This document shows positions 6,936 to 14,412 of a stretch of DNA of 42,274 nt, one piece after another. The position numbers and the translations under genes were made by a program. A model generated the notes under the pieces. That model worked only from the letters and a program-made list of their open reading frames with translations, was not told the DNA's origin and did not search any database. Each line of letters opens with the position of its first letter. Positions within the stretch are counted from its first letter, which is position 1. The stretch comes from a virus, in the IMG/VR virus record IMGVR_UViG_3300026549_000138. The stretch is one strand, 5' to 3'.

Positions 6936-7517
6936 ATGAAAACAGATTTTAGCGTACACATTCATGTGGATTTAGGCGTAACGCCTGAATTGGTGGCATT
7001 GGTTAATGCCGTCATTGACCACAGACCGATGCCGACCGTTGAGGCCCCGAAGCCCGAACCGTCAGCAAGTGAGCAACCAGAAGCCGCCGCCCCTGCAAAG
7101 AAGCGTGGCCGTAAAGCAGCAACAGCCGAAGCACCAGCCCCAGAGGTTGAAGCCCCAGAGGTAGAAGCCCCGGCAGAAGAGGCAGCACCAGAACCCGAAC
7201 CAGAGGCAGAGGCCGAAGCCCCAGCCGAGGCAGAACCCAAGGAACTGACAGAGCAGGACATCCGCGATGCCATGCACCGAACCCGTCAGCGTATCGAGGG
7301 CGAGAACTACAAAGACGAGACGGATGGAGAACTTTATAAGAAGTACCACCGCCAACTGACATCGTGGTTTAAGAACACAGCCGCTTTGTTAGGCTCAGAC
7401 AAGCCGTCAGCCCTCATTACAGAAAAGGGCCAGGATGAGGCACGACAATTCATTGAAGAGTGTGACCGTCTGGAAGTATTGGAAGATGGCACAATCGGAA
7501 TTAAAGAGGCATTTTGA
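6936..7517 (+). CDS. Hypothetical protein with Pro/Glu/Ala-rich linker and KKRGRK basic patch
   Basis: 193 aa. The low-complexity core is APEVEAPEVEAPAEEAAPEPEPEAEAEAPAEAEP. The C-terminal domain is helical. Confidence 0.6.
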   Translation: MKTDFSVHIHVDLGVTPELVALVNAVIDHRPMPTVEAPKPEPSASEQPEAAAPAKKRGRKAATAEAPAPEVEAPEVEAPAEEAAPEPEPEAEAEAPAEAEPKELTEQDIRDAMHRTRQRIEGENYKDETDGELYKKYHRQLTSWFKNTAALLGSDKPSALITEKGQDEARQFIEECDRLEVLEDGTIGIKEAF

Positions 7518-7520
7518 GTT

Positions 7521-8672
7521 ATGGCAGGACACGCATTATTAAGCCCGTCAGCGGCTCACAGATGGCTCAATTGTACAGCCGCCCCACGTCTGGAAGAGAA
7601 CATTGCCGACAGTGGCAGCACCTTTGCAGAAGAGGGTACATTGGCACACGCCTATTGCGCCAAGCACCTCAAAGGATTTTTGGGTTTGCCCACAGCCGAT
7701 GAGGATGCCGAGATTAAGCAGCTTTTCGACAAGTACCACACGGGAGAAATGGATGAGTACACCGACACGTACAAAACGATCGTGCTGGAAAAGTACAATG
7801 CCGCCCGTGCCAAAACACCCGATGCCCAATTGTTGGTTGAGGTCAAATTGGATTTCTCAGAGTGGATGCCAGAGGCATTTGGCACAGCCGATGCCGTTAT
7901 CATTGCCGATGGCACGATGGAGATTATTGATTTCAAGTATGGCAAGGGCGTAAAGGTGTCAGCCGTCAAGAACCCACAAATGCAGATTTACGCTTTGGGC
8001 GCATACTCACAGTTTAGTTTTGAGTACAATATCCAACGTGTAAGAATGACCATCGTACAGCCACGTATTGACAACCTGAGCGAATATGAGTTGAGTACCG
8101 TTGATTTGCTTGCATGGGCAACGTACCAACTCATGCCGAAAGCCAAAGAAGCGTTTGATGGCAAAGGCCACCAGATGCCCGGCGAATGGTGTCAATTCTG
8201 CAAGGTCAAAGCGACCTGCAAAGCATTGGCCGACCTCACATTTGCAGCCGTGGAGCAGCACCCCAACCCAAAGACAATCAGCCCCGAAGAAATGGCCAGC
8301 CGCGTTTTGCCCATGTTAGACACAATCAAGACATGGATTAAGGGCGTGGATGAGTACACGTTGGAGCAGGCATTGAACGGCCAAAAGTACCAAGGTTTCA
8401 AGTTGGTTGCAGGGCGCAGTGTCCGCAAAATCACAGACCAAGAGGCCGTGATGGGCGCATTATCTGGACTGTTTGCCGAAGATGCCTACATGAAACCACG
8501 GGAACTGAAAACCATTACCGATTTGGAGAAACTGATTGGCAAAAAGCGTTTCAATGAGATTTGCGGTGAGTGGATTGACAAGCCCCAAGGTAAGCCCACG
8601 TTAGTGCCAGATTCCGACAAGAGGCCGGAGTTAGACACCGACGATTTTTCCAAAGTTGATTTAAGCGAATAA
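7521..8672 (+). CDS. PD-(D/E)XK exonuclease, DUF2800/Cas4-like
   Basis: The N-terminus SPSAAHRWLNCTAAP and the Cys cluster CQFCKVKATC fit this family. It is syntenic with the DUF2815-type SSB and PolA. Confidence 0.7.
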   Translation: MAGHALLSPSAAHRWLNCTAAPRLEENIADSGSTFAEEGTLAHAYCAKHLKGFLGLPTADEDAEIKQLFDKYHTGEMDEYTDTYKTIVLEKYNAARAKTPDAQLLVEVKLDFSEWMPEAFGTADAVIIADGTMEIIDFKYGKGVKVSAVKNPQMQIYALGAYSQFSFEYNIQRVRMTIVQPRIDNLSEYELSTVDLLAWATYQLMPKAKEAFDGKGHQMPGEWCQFCKVKATCKALADLTFAAVEQHPNPKTISPEEMASRVLPMLDTIKTWIKGVDEYTLEQALNGQKYQGFKLVAGRSVRKITDQEAVMGALSGLFAEDAYMKPRELKTITDLEKLIGKKRFNEICGEWIDKPQGKPTLVPDSDKRPELDTDDFSKVDLSE

Positions 8673-8705
8673 AACCCAAGTTTAATTTTTTAATTCATTA
8701 CAATT

Positions 8706-9293
8706 ATGATGAAACCAAACATTTTGCCCAAGAACGACGGGCGTACAGTTGTAATCGGCCCGTGCCGATTGAGTTACACACATCTTTTCGAGAAGTACAC
8801 CGGCCCCGATGGTGACGAAAGCCGTGCCAAGTATCAAACGGGCATACTCATCCCGAAGAGCCAGAAAGAGACGGTTGAAGCCCTCAAAGGCTGCATCAAA
8901 GCCGCCTACGACCAAGCCATTACAAAGTATTGGGGAGGTAAGAAACCGAAGATTGACGAAACATCGGATGCCTACCCATTGCGTGATGGTGAGGGCAAGG
9001 ATGATGAAGCCTACCAGGGCCACGTTTACATCAACGCCAAGACAGGCAAGAAACCCAGCGTGACCGACCGAAGCGGCCAGCCCATCATTGATGAGGATGA
9101 GATTTACAGCGGTGTGTGGGCATGGGTGTGTGTCACATTCTATGGCTACAAGGTCAATGGTAAGTGTGGCATTGCAGCAGCTTTGGAGGCCGTGCGTAAG
9201 TGCAAGGACGATGAGCAGTTTGGCGGCAGCGTCAGCCAGAGCGAGGCATTTGGCAATATCCCGATGGATGATGAAGATGATGAGGATTTGTAA
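8706..9293 (+). CDS. ssDNA-binding protein (DUF2815-like) with acidic C-terminal tail
   Basis: 195 aa. The C-terminus is IPMDDEDDEDL, and the gene lies between the nuclease and the polymerase. Confidence 0.65.
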   Translation: MMKPNILPKNDGRTVVIGPCRLSYTHLFEKYTGPDGDESRAKYQTGILIPKSQKETVEALKGCIKAAYDQAITKYWGGKKPKIDETSDAYPLRDGEGKDDEAYQGHVYINAKTGKKPSVTDRSGQPIIDEDEIYSGVWAWVCVTFYGYKVNGKCGIAAALEAVRKCKDDEQFGGSVSQSEAFGNIPMDDEDDEDL

Positions 9294-9388
9294 ACCGTGA
9301 ATGATTGGCCGTGGGTGGTGGCAGCGGTAACGCCCCACGGATTAAAAGGGTTATTGACACCCACGGCCATTCTTAAATAACAGAGAGA

Positions 9389-11341
9389 ATGAAAGAATTA
9401 GGAATTGACATCGAGACGTACAGCAGCAACGATTTGGCCGATTGCGGAGTTTACAAATACGTTGAAGCCCCTGATTTCACGATATTGCTTTTTGCATACA
9501 GCGTGGATGGTGGCCCCGTCGTATGTGTGGATTTGGCGCAGGGTGAAGAATTGCCAGCCGATGTTATGGCAGCACTCACAGACCCATCCGTTACAAAGAC
9601 AGCGTTTAACGCTGCATTTGAGCGTATTTGCATCAGCAAGTGGATGGGATTGTCAAAGCCATTGCCAGCCTCACAATGGAAATGCACGATGGTACGTGCA
9701 GCCCGTATGGGTTTGCCGTTGTCATTGGGGCAATGTGGTGAGGTGCTGAAATTGGCCGATGGTAAGATGAAAGAGGGCAAAATCCTAATCCGTTATTTCT
9801 CCATCCCGGCCAAGAACGGCAAGCGGCATTTACCAAGCGACGCGCCCGACCGTTGGGAGGTATTCAAAAAGTACAATATCAGAGACGTGGAGGTTGAGCA
9901 ACAGATTTTGGCCAAGGTGCGCCGTCTGGAGGCCCCTGCATTTGACGATGAGTTGTACATTGCCGACCAAGAAATCAATGACCGTGGCGTGATGATTGAT
10001 TTGCCATTGGTTGAGGCCGCTGCAAGGTTTGACGATGAGTTTAAGGCCGAGTTGCTGCAAGAGGCAAAGACCATAAGCGGATTGGAGAACCCCAACAGCC
10101 CAGCCCAATTGAAAGACTACATTTCCAAGGTTACGGGCATGACCGTGGCCAGCCTCAACAAAAAGAATCTGGATGAGTTGGACGGCCAATTAAAGTATTG
10201 GCCAAAGGCTCAGAAGATTTTGGCATTGCGCCGTGAAATGGGTAAGACCAGCAATAAGAAGTATGCAGCCATGTTGAAATGCGTTTGCAATGATGGCCGT
10301 ATTCACGGACTTTTGCAGTTTTGCGGTGCAGCACGTACAGGCAGATGGGCAGGCCGATTGGTGCAGGTGCAGAACCTACCACAGAACCATTTGGAAAGTC
10401 TGGACGATGCCCGTTATTTGGTACGTCAGGGTGATTTGACAGAGTTTGAAATGAATTATGCCAACGTCACCTATGTACTCAGTGAGTTAATCCGCACAGC
10501 GTTTATTGCAGCACCAGGCCACACGTTTCATGTGTGCGACTTTTCAGCCATTGAGTGCCGTGTGATTGCATGGTTGGCAGGTGAGCAATGGGTGTTGGAC
10601 GTATTCCGGCAGGGTGGCGACATCTATTGTGCCACGGCAAGCCAGATGTTTAACAAGCCCGTTGAGAAGCACGGCCAAAATGCTGAGTTGAGGCAGAAAG
10701 GCAAGATTGCAACATTGGCATTGGGATATGGTGGCGGTGTGTCTGCATTGGAGGCAATGGGTGGCAAGCGTTTAGGTTTGACAGAATCTGAAGAAAAGGA
10801 AATCGTGAATCTTTGGCGTAATTCCAACCCCAAAATTGTGAAGATGTGGGCCACGATCGAGAAAGCTGCCATTACAGCCCTAAAGACGGGTAAGACCGTA
10901 CCCGTACATCGTGGCATTGAGATTGGCAAGCGATGGGGGATGCTGACAATAACATTGCCGTCTGGCCGTGTTATCTGTTACCCCAGAGCAAATGTTGGCA
11001 TTGAATATGGCGACGGATGGCGTGGCGACCACGAAATTATTGAGTATGAGGGTTTGAACCAGACCACCAAGAAATGGGGCAACGTCAGAACGTATGGCGG
11101 CAAACTCACAGAGAACATTGTGCAAGCCATTGCCCGTGACATATTGGGCATTGTCATTCTGAGGGCCAGGCAACAGCACCTCAACGTGGTTTTCCATATC
11201 CATGACGAAATTATTGTTGAAGCAACGCCCGACCAGACGTTGGCCGACGTGGAGGCACTGTTTAGCACCCCGATTGATTGGTGTGCGGATTTACCCCTCA
11301 AAGGTGCAGGTTACACCACACCTTATTATTTGAAAGATTAG
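9389..11341 (+). CDS. Family A DNA polymerase with 3'-5' exonuclease domain
   Basis: Exo I is GIDIETYS, motif A is DFSAIECRVIAW, motif B is RQKGKIATLALGYGGG and motif C is HIHDEIIVE. Confidence 0.9.
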   Translation: MKELGIDIETYSSNDLADCGVYKYVEAPDFTILLFAYSVDGGPVVCVDLAQGEELPADVMAALTDPSVTKTAFNAAFERICISKWMGLSKPLPASQWKCTMVRAARMGLPLSLGQCGEVLKLADGKMKEGKILIRYFSIPAKNGKRHLPSDAPDRWEVFKKYNIRDVEVEQQILAKVRRLEAPAFDDELYIADQEINDRGVMIDLPLVEAAARFDDEFKAELLQEAKTISGLENPNSPAQLKDYISKVTGMTVASLNKKNLDELDGQLKYWPKAQKILALRREMGKTSNKKYAAMLKCVCNDGRIHGLLQFCGAARTGRWAGRLVQVQNLPQNHLESLDDARYLVRQGDLTEFEMNYANVTYVLSELIRTAFIAAPGHTFHVCDFSAIECRVIAWLAGEQWVLDVFRQGGDIYCATASQMFNKPVEKHGQNAELRQKGKIATLALGYGGGVSALEAMGGKRLGLTESEEKEIVNLWRNSNPKIVKMWATIEKAAITALKTGKTVPVHRGIEIGKRWGMLTITLPSGRVICYPRANVGIEYGDGWRGDHEIIEYEGLNQTTKKWGNVRTYGGKLTENIVQAIARDILGIVILRARQQHLNVVFHIHDEIIVEATPDQTLADVEALFSTPIDWCADLPLKGAGYTTPYYLKD

Positions 11342-11368
11342 TTTAACAACCCCAAATTTAATTATCGT

Positions 11369-12061
11369 ATGACAGAGAATCAGAAACTAAAGATGGAACT
11401 TTTGAAAGAGTTTGCCATCAGTGACGAACCAAAGAGCATCGAGGTTTGCCGTGAAATGTACAAATTCATGGTAGAAGATGAGGCCCCGACCCCATCAATA
11501 CCGACAAATGGCAAACACCCAAAGGATGGTGTTTACTACATTTGCGACGATGAGAATAAGACCATTGTGCCGTATAAGGCCACGTTGACACCCCCAGAGG
11601 ATGCAATGGGTGTTTTGTTGGTGCAGGGTGAGCGCAGTATCATTATTGCACTCCGAGATTGCAACGATGGCGAGGAAACGACGTTGACCAAGCAGAAAGA
11701 CCCGTCGAACCTCAAAGGCAACTACATTGACACCTGCATTGATGCCGTGGCCGATTGGAACGGCCAGAAGAACACCGAACATCTAAAGGCCGTCGGACTG
11801 TCTGACAATATCAGCCTGAGCGATGGTTGGTACATTCCAAGCATGGGTGAAATGCTGTTTATCTTCACACATCGTAAGGAGGTCAATGCAGCATTGAAGA
11901 AAGCAGGTGGCCAGCCCATTGCCGATGATTGGTATTGGACTTCGACCGAGTACAGCGCGACCCACGCATGGCCTCTGTACCTCAACTACGGCAGCATGTA
12001 CTACACCACTAAGGCCACGGGCACGCATCGAGTGCGCCCCGTCTCAGCATTTATTTCTTAA
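11369..12061 (+). CDS. DGR target protein 1 (DUF1566/FGE-sulfatase-type C-type-lectin-like fold), VR1 at the C-terminus
   Basis: The C-terminus is GWYIPSMGEMLFIF...WYWTSTEYSATHAWPLYLNYGSMYYTTKATGTHRVRPVSAFIS. It is paralogous over most of its length to the 41417-42181 product. Confidence 0.88.
   Translation: MTENQKLKMELLKEFAISDEPKSIEVCREMYKFMVEDEAPTPSIPTNGKHPKDGVYYICDDENKTIVPYKATLTPPEDAMGVLLVQGERSIIIALRDCNDGEETTLTKQKDPSNLKGNYIDTCIDAVADWNGQKNTEHLKAVGLSDNISLSDGWYIPSMGEMLFIFTHRKEVNAALKKAGGQPIADDWYWTSTEYSATHAWPLYLNYGSMYYTTKATGTHRVRPVSAFIS
11945..12049 (+). repeat. DGR variable repeat VR1
   Basis: It is 105 bp with 12 mismatches to the TR, all at TR adenines (TR index 19, 28, 29, 34, 43, 50, 55, 58, 62, 76, 77, 82). 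The 3' segment cgagtgcgccccgtctcagca is invariant. Confidence 0.93.
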
Positions 12062-12080
12062 TCTTCAAACTTTAATCTTT

Positions 12081-12100
12081 GGCACGGCGAAAGCCGTGCC
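12081..12100 (+). promoter_or_regulatory. GC-rich hairpin downstream of VR1; DGR target-recognition cruciform candidate
   Basis: ggcacggc-gaaa-gccgtgcc forms an 8-bp perfect stem with a GAAA tetraloop, 19 nt after the stop codon, with no T-tract. Confidence 0.7.
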
Positions 12101-12118
12101 GATAATAGGCAAACGACA

Positions 12119-12403
12119 ATGAAAGTAACATTTAAGCATACAAGGCCAACAAGAGCCATTGAAGAGACCATTGACACCAAGGTTGCAGCCCAGATGGCTA
12201 ATGACAACAACGGTGCGGTCATTATTGATGATGCAGATTACCCTGTTTATTACGTGGTCAAGGTACAAGTGAAAGTGTGGTGTTTCTGGATTACCATTTG
12301 GGAAAAGCATTGCGACATTTCCGATGGTGACACACGCCAGCATATTATTAACGAAGCAAATGATTTGCTCAAAACGATGGAGGGCCAGGACAATGAAAAC
12401 TAA
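12119..12403 (+). CDS. Hypothetical protein
   Basis: It is a 94-aa ORF in the co-directional operon. I recognise no motif. Confidence 0.5.
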   Translation: MKVTFKHTRPTRAIEETIDTKVAAQMANDNNGAVIIDDADYPVYYVVKVQVKVWCFWITIWEKHCDISDGDTRQHIINEANDLLKTMEGQDNEN

Positions 12404-12461
12404 GAAGCAAAAACGGCATTTCGTACAGTTAGAGTTATTCCCCGAATATGCTTTGCCACAA

Positions 12462-12470
12462 GGGGGGGGG
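12462..12470. repeat. Intergenic G9 homopolymer
   Basis: The sequence ccacaagggggggggaacg shows the tract, which lies between two ORFs upstream of the methyltransferase. Confidence 0.9.
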
Positions 12471-12527
12471 AACGAATAACGAGCAACCCCAGAACGTGAA
12501 AGATAACAAGTAACCGACAACAGCATC

Positions 12528-12725
12528 ATGGCATTTGTGATTGACCTTTTCCATCAAGTCGTTTATGAGTACGACCATCATACAGTCGTGGCCGATTTTA
12601 CCGACCAATGGCCCCAATATAATGTGTACGACCCTAAAGGCCGATGGATAGGTTGCACAAATGCCGTGTGCGAAGAGAGTTGGAAAGCGAATTGCAGACA
12701 AATAATCAAGCACACCCCGTTATGA
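12528..12725 (+). CDS. Hypothetical protein
   Basis: It is a 65-aa ORF whose stop overlaps the methyltransferase ATG at 12722 (ATGA). Confidence 0.45.
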   Translation: MAFVIDLFHQVVYEYDHHTVVADFTDQWPQYNVYDPKGRWIGCTNAVCEESWKANCRQIIKHTPL

Positions 12726-14059
12726 TTGTTTTATCCTTATTTGACGGCATGAGTTGTGGCCAGATTGCATTACGCGATATGGGCATACCCGTCACACGCT
12801 ATTATGCAAGCGAGATTGACAAATGGGCAATCCAGCAAACTCAACTCAATTTCCCGGACACCGTGCAATTGGGCGACGTGCGTAACGTCGAGGCACGGAC
12901 GTTGGGGCATATTGATTTGCTCATTGGAGGAAGCCCGTGCCAATCGTTCAGTTTTGCAGGCAAGCGTGTTGGCATGAGTACGACAGCCCATGAAAAGGTG
13001 CTGACATTGGCACGTTACATGGAACTGAAAGAGCAAGGATTTGAGTTTGCAGGGCAAAGTTATCTGTTTTGGGAGTACGTGCGAATTTTGGCAGAGGTCA
13101 GAGAGGCCAACCCCAACGTGCTTTTCATGCTGGAAAACGTGGAAATGGGCAAGCAATGGGAGGCCGTCATTGACCAGGCATTGGGCGTGAAAGGTGTGCA
13201 TATCAATTCCGCGTTGGTATCGGCACAGGTCAGAAAGCGCATCTATTGGACTAATATACGAACATTCCAAGCCGATTTGTTTGACGTGCCGGAAAGTGCA
13301 ATACCACAGCCGAAAGACCGTGGCATTTTGCTCAAACACATTCTGGATGATGAAGTGCCAGACAGATTTTATTTGAAGCCAGAGACTATTGAGAAGTTAT
13401 TGCAGCATAAGCAAAGGAACAAGGCCAACGGCAACGGTTTTGGTGCAAAATTCCATCAAGGGGGGGGGAAGATGACAGCAGTAACGGTTAAAGGCAAAGG
13501 AATGTACGATTTAGTGTGTGTGGCACAGCGAGGGCATGAGTACCGAGGTGAGCCAGCACATTTTATCCCATGTACCACCGAGGGCAAAACAAACTCCATT
13601 ACCACGGTGCAGAAAGACAACTTAATTCTGCAAAGGCCACACGGCAAAAACAATGGTGCTGTTTACGCTGATAAAGCCCCGACCCTCACATCTAACTCAT
13701 GGCAGCAAAACAACCATGTGGCAGATGGCCGTATCAGGCAGCTCAACCCATCCCGTGAAAGTGGAGGCACACAGCCGTACCAGCAAAACAGAGTATATGA
13801 CCCAGAGGGCCAGGCCCCGGCATTGATGAATGGCCACGGTGGGCAAACGATCAATGCGTTAGTGGGGGGGGATGCACCGATAAGGCGATTGACCCCAGCA
13901 GAGTGCGCCAGATTGCAGACAATTCCCGATTGGTACAAATGGGAGGTGAGCGAAACCCAGCAATATCGTATGATAGGCAACGGGTGGACGGTGGAAGTTA
14001 TCAAACACATCTTTTCTTTTTTACCCGATGAGTTCAAGCATGAAGCAACAAGTGAATAA
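12722..14059 (+). CDS. DNA (cytosine-5)-methyltransferase
   Basis: Motif I is LFDGMSCG, IV is GGSPCQSFSFAG, VI is FMLENV, VIII is QVRKRIYW and X is MIGNGWTV. The ATG at 12722 gives the canonical N-terminus MIVLSLFDG. The gene contains a G9 tract (13460-13468) and a G8 tract (13864-13871). Confidence 0.88.
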   Translation: MIVLSLFDGMSCGQIALRDMGIPVTRYYASEIDKWAIQQTQLNFPDTVQLGDVRNVEARTLGHIDLLIGGSPCQSFSFAGKRVGMSTTAHEKVLTLARYMELKEQGFEFAGQSYLFWEYVRILAEVREANPNVLFMLENVEMGKQWEAVIDQALGVKGVHINSALVSAQVRKRIYWTNIRTFQADLFDVPESAIPQPKDRGILLKHILDDEVPDRFYLKPETIEKLLQHKQRNKANGNGFGAKFHQGGGKMTAVTVKGKGMYDLVCVAQRGHEYRGEPAHFIPCTTEGKTNSITTVQKDNLILQRPHGKNNGAVYADKAPTLTSNSWQQNNHVADGRIRQLNPSRESGGTQPYQQNRVYDPEGQAPALMNGHGGQTINALVGGDAPIRRLTPAECARLQTIPDWYKWEVSETQQYRMIGNGWTVEVIKHIFSFLPDEFKHEATSE

Positions 14060-14228
14060 AGCCGAATGGCACGAATATCAAAAGGTATGCCGTAATTGTG
14101 TTTTCTGGCAGTCAGAGGGCAATGACACACCGATGGGCGTTTGCACCCTGACTGACACCCTCAAACACGAAATGCAACAGTCGTGCAGCGATTTAAGATT
14201 TACAGTATATGATACAGAGCAAAGATGA
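14028..14228 (+). CDS. Hypothetical small Cys-containing protein
   Basis: It is a 66-aa ORF containing CRNC...C...C, with an alternative ATG at 14040. Confidence 0.4.
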   Translation: MSSSMKQQVNKAEWHEYQKVCRNCVFWQSEGNDTPMGVCTLTDTLKHEMQQSCSDLRFTVYDTEQR

Positions 14229-14412
14229 ACAAAAAAAAGCATCCGTGAGTGCCAAAGTAACACCCGACAGATTGCGCCAGATATACGACATTCTGGAAGA
14301 TGAGCAGATACCATTTGAGGCCGACGTTAAAAAGGTTGGCCGTGGAATCCGAGAAATAACAATCGTGGCCGATGCCAATAACATTGACCATTTCAAAAAT
14401 ATGTTGGTATGA
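14209..14412 (+). CDS. Hypothetical protein
   Basis: It is a 67-aa ORF whose stop overlaps the primase ATG (ATGA). Confidence 0.45.
   Translation: MIQSKDEQKKASVSAKVTPDRLRQIYDILEDEQIPFEADVKKVGRGIREITIVADANNIDHFKNMLV

Noticed and set aside
8682-9338. 218-aa minus-strand ORF antisense to the SSB gene.
   Set aside because: It overlaps a well-supported plus-strand gene completely, is compositionally odd (Ile/Leu/Ala-rich, no motifs), and would break an otherwise uniform plus-strand operon.
12065-12529. 154-aa minus-strand ORF between DGR target 1 and the methyltransferase.
   Set aside because: It is antisense to a plus-strand ORF, and its PPP comes from the G9 tract. It has no motifs, and the strand switch is implausible within the operon.
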